This document shows, piece after piece, positions 36,451-46,079 of a stretch of 64,000 nt of DNA (the stretch's first letter is position 1; each line of letters opens with the position of its first letter). Location: the sequence record MZ443771.1, one strand, 5' to 3'. Made by a program: the position numbers and the translations under genes. The notes under the pieces were generated by a model. It searched no databases, had not been told where the DNA came from, and was given only the letters and a program-made list of their open reading frames with translations.

Positions 36451-36714
36451 ATGGCTGTAGGCTTTGTCAAAGATGATGGCGTCAACGATACCATCGAAAC
36501 AAACGTGCTGAATGAGATCGACCGCGCTCGTTCAGAACTTCAAGGCGCAGGTTCTGATTACTGCGTCAACCCTGATTGCGGTGAGAAGATTCCTGTGATG
36601 CGTAAACTCGCTATGCCCAATGCGCGTTACTGCATCAACTGTCAGGCAGCGCACGACGGCACTGCTAACGTCGGCTATAATCGCCGTGGCTCAAAAGATT
36701 CTCAACTGAGGTAG
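36451..36714 (+). CDS. DksA/TraR C4-type zinc finger protein, YbiI-like
   Basis: CVNPDCGEKIP...RYCINCQ and C-terminal GYNRRGSKDSQLR as recalled for enterobacterial YbiI. Confidence 0.85.
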   Translation: MAVGFVKDDGVNDTIETNVLNEIDRARSELQGAGSDYCVNPDCGEKIPVMRKLAMPNARYCINCQAAHDGTANVGYNRRGSKDSQLR

Positions 36715-36719
36715 TTATT

Positions 36720-37148
36720 ATGGAAGCTAAAATAACGCAGACTGGTACTGAGTGGCACGTTAAAGCGACTCAAAACGATCAGCCAAGTAATACGTTCACC
36801 GCTGTCTATCACTCCGAAGAAGAGTACGAGAAGTGGATGAACCTGCACAAGAAAGACTTCACTGTAGAAGTGAACGTCGTTCAGGTGCTGACCATTGAAG
36901 TGAAGAAAGGCACCTACCCTGATGTTCAGCCTGTAGTTGACCCGAACGTGACGTACTCGCTCGAAGCGTTTGTCAAAACTGCCAACGACTGGGTAGTTAT
37001 TCGTAGCGGCATCACAACACCAGAAGAAGTTATCCAGCTGGTTGATCGTCTTGATATCAGACAGCGCAAGCCGGAAGACGTGACTCATTTCCGTGTCGTG
37101 CGTGTCGTGCGTAGTGAAGTAGAACAACTGTGGGGAGAGATGTGGTGA
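36720..37148 (+). CDS. Hypothetical protein
   Basis: 142 aa, GAGGT RBS. Confidence 0.75.
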   Translation: MEAKITQTGTEWHVKATQNDQPSNTFTAVYHSEEEYEKWMNLHKKDFTVEVNVVQVLTIEVKKGTYPDVQPVVDPNVTYSLEAFVKTANDWVVIRSGITTPEEVIQLVDRLDIRQRKPEDVTHFRVVRVVRSEVEQLWGEMW

Positions 37149-37279
37149 GTGACAAAGAGCCATACTCACGTTGCGAAGACTGCCGTACACCTCTAGCAGA
37201 AGATGAAGTGTACGGCGAGTACGACGATCTGTGTGAGAACTGCTGTGCTGATCGCGAAGATGATGGAGAGCCAACATAA
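37145..37279 (+). CDS. 44-aa acidic zinc-finger microprotein (CEDC...CENC)
   Basis: Hand translation; GTGA overlap upstream and TAATG coupling downstream; below the track cutoff. Confidence 0.7.
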   Translation: MSDKEPYSRCEDCRTPLAEDEVYGEYDDLCENCCADREDDGEPT

Positions 37280-37596
37280 TGTTGCGTAAACTTTGGGTAG
37301 CTATAGGCTTCAAATTTCCTACGGTTGCTGACGCTATGCGTAAACGACAGGCATGTACACGCGTTGGCTATAAGAGCTACTGCGTTATGAACCGTGCTGG
37401 ATTCGCAGAGGCATTCACGCATCACCTGCATGAATACCGAGATTCTAGCCCATCGTTGGCCGTGCTTAATAAACACAAACACGAAGACGTGGCAGCAAAA
37501 GCGCAGCGTATGGATTATCCGTGTGTTGTCGTCTTTGCTGATGACGGCTTCTCTGCAATTGCAATTGATCCACCTACTATGGAGCGCCATGTATGA
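37279..37596 (+). CDS. Hypothetical protein
   Basis: 105 aa ORF. Confidence 0.7.
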   Translation: MLRKLWVAIGFKFPTVADAMRKRQACTRVGYKSYCVMNRAGFAEAFTHHLHEYRDSSPSLAVLNKHKHEDVAAKAQRMDYPCVVVFADDGFSAIAIDPPTMERHV

Positions 37597-37946
37597 AACT
37601 GACAAAGCTGCCGCGTTACTTGTGGCTTACAGGCAAACAGGTGACGTACTTCTTCAAGCTGCTTAAAGCGAATCGTGAACTCGCTGCTATGGAGCATGAA
37701 GCCGAAGTGCTCAAAGCTCTGCACGATCTCACTGAGCGCGATATGCAGAACGGAACTATTGTCTGCATCAAGGTGCTTTCGTTCTTTCAGGAGTTGAAGC
37801 GCCCTCGTGGTGTGAAGTTCAATCTCCCCTACCTGTGGCCGAAGCGTGACCTGATTCGCTTGCTCAACAAGAACGGTGTTGCAGTAGGCCCAGTGCCGAA
37901 CTACTTCGCAGCTTTCCATCAACTCGTAGACAAAGGGTTTAAGTGA
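37593..37946 (+). CDS. Hypothetical protein
   Basis: 117 aa ORF. Confidence 0.7.
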   Translation: MKLTKLPRYLWLTGKQVTYFFKLLKANRELAAMEHEAEVLKALHDLTERDMQNGTIVCIKVLSFFQELKRPRGVKFNLPYLWPKRDLIRLLNKNGVAVGPVPNYFAAFHQLVDKGFK

Positions 37947-38665
37947 TGAACCACCTAGAACATTTAGATGCAATCAAACAAATCACTGTTGACCAGATTC
38001 AAGCGTTCTCAGGTATCGCAGAAGTAATGCACGAACGGGGTCGCATTCAGCCTGAAATCTTTACCGAAGTGTGGCAGCGCACCGTATGCGAACAGCTTGG
38101 TCTGAACTACGATCACTGGCGCTACTACAACGAACTGGCTAACTTCATGACTCTGGGCATGGTGCCATACATGCCTGTGCTGCAAATTGCTGTGACTGCT
38201 TTTGTCGGCGCTGACGTGCGCGAGACACTGCAACGCTTCTCGCATCTCGATAAAGAAACTGTGGTATCTGCCTATGAAGTTGGTAACGAGTGGGTGCTGG
38301 ACAATCATCGCATGATTTGCACATGTCGCGCTATCGACTCCTTAGTTAGTTTGTACTCGACGCACAAGTTGGAGATTGACGAACAGGAAGAGAATCGTTG
38401 TGTAGCCTACCCGGGAATGCCGAACATGCCGCACCAGTTTGTTGAAATGTACAAGCTGATTGACGAGGCTCGTCTGATTGTTAGTGGTCGTTGGCGTACA
38501 CCTCTGCGTTATTTCCATTCGAGAGAGCGTGACTACATCTGGAACTATCCGCCAACAATGTCAACTAAAGGTAACGTCATCATTCAGACAGACGCAGGTA
38601 CTATCTATCTGAATGGCGCGCCTAAGCGCGGTGATACTAACGCAAACCATTTACGCTCAGTGTAA
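37943..38665 (+). CDS. Hypothetical protein
   Basis: 240 aa ORF. Confidence 0.75.
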   Translation: MMNHLEHLDAIKQITVDQIQAFSGIAEVMHERGRIQPEIFTEVWQRTVCEQLGLNYDHWRYYNELANFMTLGMVPYMPVLQIAVTAFVGADVRETLQRFSHLDKETVVSAYEVGNEWVLDNHRMICTCRAIDSLVSLYSTHKLEIDEQEENRCVAYPGMPNMPHQFVEMYKLIDEARLIVSGRWRTPLRYFHSRERDYIWNYPPTMSTKGNVIIQTDAGTIYLNGAPKRGDTNANHLRSV

Positions 38666-38674
38666 GGGGCAATC

Positions 38675-39337
38675 ATGAACATCATTCAATTCCTCATGGA
38701 TGAGGACGAAGTACAGGACGCATTCGTTGCGTATCGCACTGACCCTACCGATGAAAACAAACGTCGTGTGATCGAAACGCTTTTGCGTGAACAAGCGTCA
38801 GCAACTAACGTAACAGAGAAAGCTACGGTGCTGGGTAAGCCTCCACATCGTTTTGTGCTTATTCCACAAACAGACGCTATCACTCGTGAGCGAGTAGAAA
38901 CCAGTGAAGGTCAGATTAGCTGGGACAGGCCCGTTGATCGTAGACTACTCGATCTGGCGAAGTGTGCTACCCGTGTCAGTAATCACGTACACGAACTTGG
39001 TGGCTCTGCTGTGTTTGTGCGATTCACTGCCGAAGAGTGGCACGAGACTTTCCTGACTCAGGGCCTTCCGATGTATCTTGCGGCGATGCAAGAAGCCTTG
39101 CAGGAAACAGAGAGTCTCGAAGCTATCGCAGTCTCTATGGAGAAACTAATTCGCGTTGTCGGTAACATGACCGAACTTGCATATTCAAAACGACTGATAG
39201 GTCAGATGTATGCCGTTGCCGAAAACAGACACGACGACACTGTTAGCCCTGCGCTTGTCGCCATGGTAGATCTGGGGAGAACGAAGAACATCCCTGCTAT
39301 CTGTAAAGAGACAGAAGACGAGAACGAGGAAGAATAA
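38675..39337 (+). CDS. Hypothetical protein
   Basis: 220 aa ORF. Confidence 0.75.
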   Translation: MNIIQFLMDEDEVQDAFVAYRTDPTDENKRRVIETLLREQASATNVTEKATVLGKPPHRFVLIPQTDAITRERVETSEGQISWDRPVDRRLLDLAKCATRVSNHVHELGGSAVFVRFTAEEWHETFLTQGLPMYLAAMQEALQETESLEAIAVSMEKLIRVVGNMTELAYSKRLIGQMYAVAENRHDDTVSPALVAMVDLGRTKNIPAICKETEDENEEE

Positions 39338-39709
39338 ATGATCAAACAAATCCCAAGACAACTTTCGACCAAAGATCGTAGTCTGTCTATCGACGGCTTT
39401 GCTTCTACAGTCAATCTGGAAAACTATACTGCTGTCGTTCGCGGTCCGTGGAAGTTATTGCGCGGCACTAACACCAGTGGTAACTTCACTATCGTGCTGG
39501 TGGGCCCTCATGCCGTCCCCTCGAATTTGGTAGGCATTCAAATCTTAATGGCTGCTGGCTTCTCTGATGTTGACGCGATGCTGGCACTCGGCGTTTCACG
39601 TAATGAATATCGTGCATGGACAAAAACGCAGCGCACTCGCAAACGCGAAGCAGCCGCACAACCACGCATGGGCAACACAACTTCACTCGACGATCTCCAG
39701 AGGAAATAA
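39338..39709 (+). CDS. Hypothetical protein with possible HTH
   Basis: GFSDVDAMLALGVSRNEYRAW resembles an HTH. Confidence 0.55.
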   Translation: MIKQIPRQLSTKDRSLSIDGFASTVNLENYTAVVRGPWKLLRGTNTSGNFTIVLVGPHAVPSNLVGIQILMAAGFSDVDAMLALGVSRNEYRAWTKTQRTRKREAAAQPRMGNTTSLDDLQRK

Positions 39710-39710
39710 G

Positions 39711-40493
39711 ATGAAACAGTTATTCGTAGGCAGTCACCCAAATACAGTTCGCTTCTCTGATCTCGATGCGCGTGATCGCGTGTGTGAGATTCGTGTACTG
39801 ATCGCAAATGCGTATACTATCCTGCGCGATGCTATCGGTGAGAAAGCCAAAGACGAAGCGAACGTCTTCCACGGCCCGTGGCTTGTGTTTCGTAACCTGA
39901 TGAACGAGCACCCAGCATCCTGTCTTGAAGAGTTTCGTCACGCTTCAATCTACTTCGATGCAGATACCGAAAACATGGTGACTGAGATCGCTGACCTGAT
40001 CGAACAGCACAACGAGCTGGTTCGTCAGGACTACGAACGAAAAGGCATTCACAGGCATCAGGCAGATGCAATGATCAGTATTGACGATACTATCAAAAAT
40101 ACTGCGCGTGAAGTAACGATGCGTGTCGGCGCAGGTAAGACGCGCAGTGTTGTAGGTGAGATTGAGAGTAACAATCCACATCTGATGTTGGCAGATAATG
40201 TTCGAGCGTATACGCAGTTTGCAGCCAAGACCACATCGGTATTTGCGTTCTGCTCGCGTTTGACCAAGAAATTGGGATCTGATTGTTATGATCGCTACGA
40301 CGACATGACCCAGGAAGAAATGATCGACTGCGTACACGGTCTCATTCTCGCTTCATCTAAAAGTGTAGATCAAATTCAGCGCCATGTACGTCAGTGCATC
40401 GAAGCCTTATCCATGCCTAAGTGTAAGGCTGATGGTGACTTCGACTTCAAAGTAGGTGGCTGTGACAATGGCACATTTGACTTCCGTATGTAA
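39711..40493 (+). CDS. Hypothetical protein
   Basis: ATG 39711 with GAGGA RBS. Confidence 0.75.
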   Translation: MKQLFVGSHPNTVRFSDLDARDRVCEIRVLIANAYTILRDAIGEKAKDEANVFHGPWLVFRNLMNEHPASCLEEFRHASIYFDADTENMVTEIADLIEQHNELVRQDYERKGIHRHQADAMISIDDTIKNTAREVTMRVGAGKTRSVVGEIESNNPHLMLADNVRAYTQFAAKTTSVFAFCSRLTKKLGSDCYDRYDDMTQEEMIDCVHGLILASSKSVDQIQRHVRQCIEALSMPKCKADGDFDFKVGGCDNGTFDFRM

Positions 40494-40671
40494 ACGTTAC
40501 TGGCGCGAAGCAATGGTGCTGGCAGTGCTTGTCATCATTGCTTTCGCTTTACCTTATTTCGAAGTACGCAACCCAATGCTGACTATGCTGGTGGCTGTCA
40601 TCGTTGCTGTGTACTTCTTTGCTACGTGGGCATGCAAGCCTCGTCACGGAGATAACAGTGAAAAAGAATGA
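40468..40671 (+). CDS. Small membrane protein (2 TM)
   Basis: AMVLAVLVIIAFALPYF and MLTMLVAVIVAVYFFATW. Confidence 0.65.
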   Translation: MAHLTSVCKRYWREAMVLAVLVIIAFALPYFEVRNPMLTMLVAVIVAVYFFATWACKPRHGDNSEKE

Positions 40672-41209
40672 GATCGTGTTGAGCAAGGAAGAAATTGCTG
40701 AGGGTGTTGAGAAGATCAATCACGCGCTGTTGCTTATTGGTCTTCGCTGCAACGAAGGTGATGTCGGTTACGAGACTGTGTACACTGACGACCACGGTGA
40801 AACACAGGGAGGCTGGTACGCCGAGTTCGATACTAAGTCCCGGGAGAAACTGCGTAACTCTAAGCAAGTGTCGTGGCGTAACGTTGGTATGATTAGCGGT
40901 GATACGCTTGACAGCATTCTCAAAACAATAACGAACTTGAAGTTCCGCAACTGTGTGAAAGAACCAACGCCGCTGCAAGTTCGTCGCGCAGAGCACAAGC
41001 AGAACAAAGTCGAATCGACCAAGCGAGCGCTTGAGATCTTCAACTCTGCCCAGCCTCTGTCTGATGGTGATCTGCACATCTGCATTGAGCACTTCCGCAC
41101 TCTGGAAGAAATGATCAAAGCAGACCCGATGTTGAAACTGGCGCTGCCGTATGTTGTAAACAACCTGTATCAACTCGAAAACTATCTTCGCGCACGTAAA
41201 AGCAAGTAA
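40658..41209 (+). CDS. Hypothetical protein
   Basis: GTG 40658 with GGAG RBS. Confidence 0.7.
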   Translation: MKKNEIVLSKEEIAEGVEKINHALLLIGLRCNEGDVGYETVYTDDHGETQGGWYAEFDTKSREKLRNSKQVSWRNVGMISGDTLDSILKTITNLKFRNCVKEPTPLQVRRAEHKQNKVESTKRALEIFNSAQPLSDGDLHICIEHFRTLEEMIKADPMLKLALPYVVNNLYQLENYLRARKSK

Positions 41210-41215
41210 CAATCG

Positions 41216-41250
41216 TGGGAGACTCTTAACGGGGTTTCCCATTAGTCATT
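41216..41250 (+). terminator. Terminator-like hairpin (weak U-tract)
   Basis: TGGGAGACTC-TTAACGG-GGTTTCCCA; near twin of the hairpin at 49680. Confidence 0.5.
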
Positions 41251-41267
41251 TCTGGAGCAAAATTCGC

Positions 41268-42248
41268 ATGAGACTTGGATTCGCCTGTAAGCTGATTGAC
41301 GCACAAGGCAAGCAACCGTACCCAAACAAAAGCATTAGCTACACGCACTTTGCAAAACTCGATCTCGACCAGCGTCGTCAAAAGCTACTCGACATTGTGA
41401 CCGTCAACCTGACGTCACTGTACGATATGATCGCACACGTTGCGATGTTACGCCGAGACATGCGCATGTTTCGTATCACCAGCGAATTGCTCCCGCTGTT
41501 CACGCACCCACAAGTTGCGCACTTATACCAAGAGCGTGAACTTGCCGCGCACATCGAACACTGGTTGTGGAAGTGCGGTACGTTAGCTCAGTCATCTGGC
41601 GTTAGACTTTCGTTTCACCCAGGTCAGTTTACCGTGCTCGCATCTGATCGACCTGACGTTGTGCTCAATTCAATCCACGAACTTGAGTACCATGCGTACT
41701 GCGCCTATCACATGGGGTACGGTCGACGCTTTCAAGACTTCAAGATCAACATTCACCTGTCTGGTCGTCTTGGTGCTAAAGGCTTTCGTGCTGCACACTC
41801 AAAACTTTCTGATCACTGCCGAAAGATGTTGACCGTTGAGAACGACGAGATCACGTCCAGCATTGAGGACTGTCTTGAGCTTGCGGACATTTGCCCGATT
41901 GTGCTCGATATTCATCATCACTGGGTAATGACTAACGAGTACATACAGCCGACCGATGATCGTGTGCAACGTGTCATTGAGTCGTGGCGAGGCATTACAC
42001 CGACAGCGCATTACTCTGTGTCTAAGCCTGAGTTCGTGCCGTCGCGTGGTCTGCCAGATCAAAACAAGCTGACTGCTAATCGAATGCAGCTACGCGCACA
42101 CTCTGACTACTACCACAACGATGACGTAAACGAGTGGGCCCTCAGCTTCACTGATTTTGACTTAATGTGCGAGTCGAAAGCGAAGAATCTCGCTCGTGCA
42201 AAATTGGCGTGTTTTACAGCGAACTCTGCAAATAACTGGACAAAATAA
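41268..42248 (+). CDS. uvsE: UV damage endonuclease (UvsE/UVDE family)
   Basis: MRLGFAC, FRITS, SFHPGQFTVLAS, ELEYH, INIH, VENDE, PIVLDIHHH and MCESK motifs. Confidence 0.9.
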   Translation: MRLGFACKLIDAQGKQPYPNKSISYTHFAKLDLDQRRQKLLDIVTVNLTSLYDMIAHVAMLRRDMRMFRITSELLPLFTHPQVAHLYQERELAAHIEHWLWKCGTLAQSSGVRLSFHPGQFTVLASDRPDVVLNSIHELEYHAYCAYHMGYGRRFQDFKINIHLSGRLGAKGFRAAHSKLSDHCRKMLTVENDEITSSIEDCLELADICPIVLDIHHHWVMTNEYIQPTDDRVQRVIESWRGITPTAHYSVSKPEFVPSRGLPDQNKLTANRMQLRAHSDYYHNDDVNEWALSFTDFDLMCESKAKNLARAKLACFTANSANNWTK

Positions 42249-42281
42249 GGCTTGTTTCTGATGGTTGCCCTATGATACACT
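42217..42281 (+). promoter_or_regulatory. Early promoter copy 4 (overlaps the uvsE 3' end)
   Basis: CAGCGAACTCTGCAAATAACTGGACAAAAT, TTGTTT-18-TACACT with TG. Confidence 0.75.
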
Positions 42282-42328
42282 GTTTATGAGCACTTTTGCT
42301 CGTTATAACTAGACAGAGGAAATAGACA

Positions 42329-42631
42329 ATGTTCAATACAACAACCATCGTGAAGAAAGCAAGCGCTGTCCAGAACGTCAACCACTCTTTTGGCATTACC
42401 GGTATCACACCGACTAACCGCATCTCCTGCGTTTGGCCTGGCGCTCTGGAAGTACCTGCGAATATCAAACGTTGGTGTCGTGTAAACGAAATCACCAATG
42501 ACCTTGATGCTTACATGCGTGTTCGCTTCAAGGGTCGTCGTGCAGACATTCTGAATTTGGTTGCTAAACATTTAGCGCCGAACAATCCTGAACTGGCTGT
42601 GCGTATTCTCGCTACTATCACTGAGGCCTAA
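42329..42631 (+). CDS. Hypothetical protein
   Basis: 100 aa, GAGGA RBS. Confidence 0.75.
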   Translation: MFNTTTIVKKASAVQNVNHSFGITGITPTNRISCVWPGALEVPANIKRWCRVNEITNDLDAYMRVRFKGRRADILNLVAKHLAPNNPELAVRILATITEA

Positions 42632-42632
42632 A

Positions 42633-42896
42633 ATGAAAGTCCAAGCAATGGAAGCTATTTACGGTGCTACGAACACCAACACTTCTCTCGTAGAGAAGCG
42701 GGGCTTCCGTACTGTCGAATCGAAATACGTCGATGGAACGGAGGTTAGATTACAACGTCTATCACACGATATACATGAACGTGTGGTTGTGGGTTACGAC
42801 CGTTTTGGTCGAGCTGTGTATGGAACACAAGTACCACAATCCACGTTCGAAGTGCGTGACAGCAAGGAAAGCGAACCGAATAACACGGCGCCCTAG
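42633..42896 (+). CDS. Hypothetical protein
   Basis: 87 aa ORF. Confidence 0.65.
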   Translation: MKVQAMEAIYGATNTNTSLVEKRGFRTVESKYVDGTEVRLQRLSHDIHERVVVGYDRFGRAVYGTQVPQSTFEVRDSKESEPNNTAP

Positions 42897-42967
42897 CAAG
42901 CTCACAACCAGAAGCCATAGAATAACCAACAATAAATTCATGCGCTGACCTATCGTGGGGTGTCAAA

Positions 42968-43345
42968 ATGATTGTCATTTGTAACAGTTCAAAACAGTTT
43001 TGTGCTGATCGCCTAGCACATGGGGATGCTTTTGTTTTTGGGAAGACACGCATGTTACTACGTGCTGACTTCATCGTCCTGACCGACAAGAACAATTGCT
43101 TCTATGTAGTACGCAAATCTGATGTTGTTTGGGCTCCCGAGCTTACGGGTGCGACGCATGTGATTAAAATCCGGGCGTTCGCCCAGATTAAGCCGTTCGA
43201 ACTTAACGCAGCATGTCCTCAGTTCAATAGCCGTGTGTTTGGAACAATCGCGTTCCGTAACCCACACTTCGAACATAGACTTAGCGGTCTAAACTATGTA
43301 GAGACAATCTTCGGAGGTTTACATGGCACGGTATCATGTGTTTAG
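42968..43345 (+). CDS. Hypothetical protein
   Basis: 125 aa ORF. Confidence 0.6.
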   Translation: MIVICNSSKQFCADRLAHGDAFVFGKTRMLLRADFIVLTDKNNCFYVVRKSDVVWAPELTGATHVIKIRAFAQIKPFELNAACPQFNSRVFGTIAFRNPHFEHRLSGLNYVETIFGGLHGTVSCV

Positions 43346-43574
43346 CGCTACCCACAAATACTACGGCGAAGCATATCAAGGTACGTGGCTGAAAGAGATC
43401 GCTCTCAACGGCCAGCAAGTATCAGAAGCCGAGTTTAAAGACTTCGAGACCGCAAAGGAATGCGCGGATAAGTTACATCAGGTTTGCGACATAGGGTGGA
43501 TCGTCTATAACGCTTTTTCAGAAAGAGCGATGTACGACACCCGTACTGAAAGCCAAGAGTCTGTAAATAACTAG
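43323..43574 (+). CDS. Hypothetical protein
   Basis: 83 aa, GGAGG RBS. Confidence 0.7.
   Translation: MARYHVFSATHKYYGEAYQGTWLKEIALNGQQVSEAEFKDFETAKECADKLHQVCDIGWIVYNAFSERAMYDTRTESQESVNN
43561..43569 (+). promoter_or_regulatory. CTGTAAATA box
   Basis: At the end of the preceding ORF, upstream of the exported-protein gene. Confidence 0.5.
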
Positions 43575-43646
43575 CAGGCTCGCCTGCACTTCTACTCAAC
43601 GTGGAGCTTACGGGCTTCACAAAATTCACTATCAATGAGGTTCAAA

Positions 43647-44159
43647 ATGAAATTCACTTCAATCGCTATCGCACTGGTCATGGCTGCTTCTTCTGCTAAC
43701 GCTGCAAACTTCAAAGCGCCAGCTCCTGCTGCGGGCATGGAGTCTTCCGGCATGACTATCTCTGACAAACTGGACGACTCTTGCCTGAGCAAGCTCGCTG
43801 CTGCATCTGACCTGCGTGGCGCTGTTGTTGACTTCGCTGTGTCGCGTGATGCTATCGACACGGTAGCTCTTTGGCCTCTCGTCTGTGCGCCGACTGTCGA
43901 ATCAAAATCAATCGACGTTGAGCGCTCCGGCGCTGACATGACTCTGACGTACATCAACAAAGATGCGACGATGCCCAAACTCGTTCTGGTGCTGCAACGT
44001 GTCAAGTCTGAAAACGACGACGATGCACCTGCGTATCAAGTTGTTCAGGTCGGTGATATGAATGCTATGGGTTATGAAGAACAGGCCGCCGTCAAAGACT
44101 GGCTGCTTGATTGCTATGCAGCTACCGTACAAGATGACCTGACGGTGGTACTGAACTAA
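43647..44159 (+). CDS. Exported/periplasmic protein with Sec signal peptide
   Basis: MKFTSIAIALVMAASSANA|A: basic n-region, hydrophobic h-region, AxA cleavage site. Confidence 0.75.
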   Translation: MKFTSIAIALVMAASSANAANFKAPAPAAGMESSGMTISDKLDDSCLSKLAAASDLRGAVVDFAVSRDAIDTVALWPLVCAPTVESKSIDVERSGADMTLTYINKDATMPKLVLVLQRVKSENDDDAPAYQVVQVGDMNAMGYEEQAAVKDWLLDCYAATVQDDLTVVLN

Positions 44160-44467
44160 TGCCAAAGAAGGATATGTCTGCGTTCAATGCGCAACGCACT
44201 TTAATAAACAAAGCCGCATCAACTCCCGCAGATTGGGAAACGTTCAAACAAATGTTACTCAATCTGCGTCTGGCTGTTGCTGTTGAGCCTCGTCCTGATG
44301 CTGCTGTACGTCACCTTGCGCGTACATGGTACACTGACGACAAATACCCGCTGCCTGTCTGCAAAGCAACGCTGTTGAAACTTATGGCGTTGAAGAAGGC
44401 TAACCGCAATCTTGAAGAAATGATCGCGCTCTATATTGACCTCGAAGGAGAAACAACTAATGTCTGA
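44159..44467 (+). CDS. Hypothetical protein
   Basis: 102 aa, TAATG coupling. Confidence 0.7.
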   Translation: MPKKDMSAFNAQRTLINKAASTPADWETFKQMLLNLRLAVAVEPRPDAAVRHLARTWYTDDKYPLPVCKATLLKLMALKKANRNLEEMIALYIDLEGETTNV

Positions 44468-45656
44468 TCTGAATGAACTGTCTGTGGCCGCTCGTCGTCT
44501 GTTTGCTAACGGTGATGCTCATGTGCGTGATGCGCTTCGTGCCGTAGCAAACACGGTTATCGCAGACTCTGCTCGATTCAAGTATGAGTTCTCCGAGCCT
44601 GCTGTCGAGTCTGTCTATCGTACTCTCGAAAGTCTGACGTTCTCAGGTGACGGTACGTTGCTTCTGCCCGCAGATGAAATTTATGCGTTTGACCAGCTTC
44701 TGAACAAGAAGTACCGCGACAACTTCTACTCGTCTGTGTGCAACGTTGCGTTCACTCAACGGCAAACCAACCCGCGTACTTCAATGCTCGAAGCGTTCCC
44801 GCGCAGCAACGAATACATGTGCGAAATTCTGGCTCGCGCATTTGTGTGGGTGCTGATGCAGACTGGACTGGATAATCTTCTGGTAAAAGATTGCATCGTT
44901 GCTGGTCACACGCGTCTGCCGCAATTCATTATTGCGTTGCAGACAGAAGGCCAGGACGAAGGCTATACCAGCCTGTTCTCGTTATTCAACCCTCTGTCCG
45001 ATGATTATCAGGCAGTGTCTGCTACAAACTTCTTCCCAGAAGAATACCGTAAGCAGTTGCTGGCAGAAGCTACCGGGAATCTGCCGCCTGAGTACCGAGA
45101 AGTTGACAACATGACATTCGAACAACTCGGTGCGCTGTTGACTCGTCTTAACTTGGTAGGCCCAGCGTCTGCTAAGAAGAAATATCGCTGTGGTTGTGAA
45201 GGTGATTGCGAAGATGATTGCGATGCGTCTGGCTCCTCTTACAATAACCTTGAAGACTTCGATGACGCCAGCGATCTGCGTGACGTCTTCTACAACCACT
45301 ACGGTTGGCCTGACGACGATATCGAAATTGACGACTCTCTGTGGGTAACTGGTAAGTCGAAGATGAAAGTCAACATCGACATTCCGGTAGTAACTCTTGC
45401 CGAACCTAAAGCTGCGAAAGAGCGTGGCTACAGGTCTAAAAAGATGCCGAAGAAAGCTATGGCTAAGTCCGGCACTCGTATTGAACTGGACTACACCCAA
45501 CAACTGTGGCATCCGGTAACTCTCGATACCGAAGGCGCGAATCGCGTGTTTGCTATCACTCTCGTTTCTCGTCACACGTCTGGTGTCAATCGCGCAGTAG
45601 CTACTGCCCGTGAAGCGTTCGCAATTGCCGCCGTACTTGCTGATCTTGACAAATAA
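44460..45656 (+). CDS. Hypothetical protein with acidic CGCEGDCEDDC linker
   Basis: ATG 44460 with AAGGAG RBS. Confidence 0.75.
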   Translation: MSDLNELSVAARRLFANGDAHVRDALRAVANTVIADSARFKYEFSEPAVESVYRTLESLTFSGDGTLLLPADEIYAFDQLLNKKYRDNFYSSVCNVAFTQRQTNPRTSMLEAFPRSNEYMCEILARAFVWVLMQTGLDNLLVKDCIVAGHTRLPQFIIALQTEGQDEGYTSLFSLFNPLSDDYQAVSATNFFPEEYRKQLLAEATGNLPPEYREVDNMTFEQLGALLTRLNLVGPASAKKKYRCGCEGDCEDDCDASGSSYNNLEDFDDASDLRDVFYNHYGWPDDDIEIDDSLWVTGKSKMKVNIDIPVVTLAEPKAAKERGYRSKKMPKKAMAKSGTRIELDYTQQLWHPVTLDTEGANRVFAITLVSRHTSGVNRAVATAREAFAIAAVLADLDK

Positions 45657-45701
45657 CTGGACAAACTAGCGCTTCGATTTGAGGCGCTTTTCTGCTATAA
45701 T
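45649..45701 (+). promoter_or_regulatory. Early promoter copy 5
   Basis: ACAAATAACTGGACAAAC, TTCGAT-17-TATAAT with TG. Confidence 0.75.
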
Positions 45702-45768
45702 AGCAGCTAGAGCAATATAGCTCTCAACGTCATTTTTAACTATACGTTTATCACGGGAAACTTTTATA

Positions 45769-46071
45769 ATGTCACGCAAAATTTCACGCAAGAAAGCAGT
45801 CGACCTGATGTCCAAAACTTACAACGCAAAACATCCTGAATATCTTCCGCGTCTGTTAGCCGAAGATATGGACTCGACTCACCTGTTCGAGTTTCGTGAG
45901 ATGGTCGTTGCTAAGATTCAGGCTGGCGAAGACCCAACTAAAGTTGTCGATGATATGATCGACACTGCGATTCGTGTGACTCAGGTTCGTCGTCGCACCA
46001 GCAACGACTACAACCCGAAAATTGCAGACGTACTTACTGACGAACTGCGTGATATGCTCCGTAACCTCTAA
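45769..46071 (+). CDS. Hypothetical protein
   Basis: 100 aa ORF after the promoter. Confidence 0.75.
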   Translation: MSRKISRKKAVDLMSKTYNAKHPEYLPRLLAEDMDSTHLFEFREMVVAKIQAGEDPTKVVDDMIDTAIRVTQVRRRTSNDYNPKIADVLTDELRDMLRNL

Positions 46072-46079
46072 GGATAAAA

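Noticed and set aside
43561-43615. GTAAATAACTAGCAGG resembling the early-promoter box
   Set aside because: No -10 hexamer at +39/40; better explained as a CTGTAAATA box.
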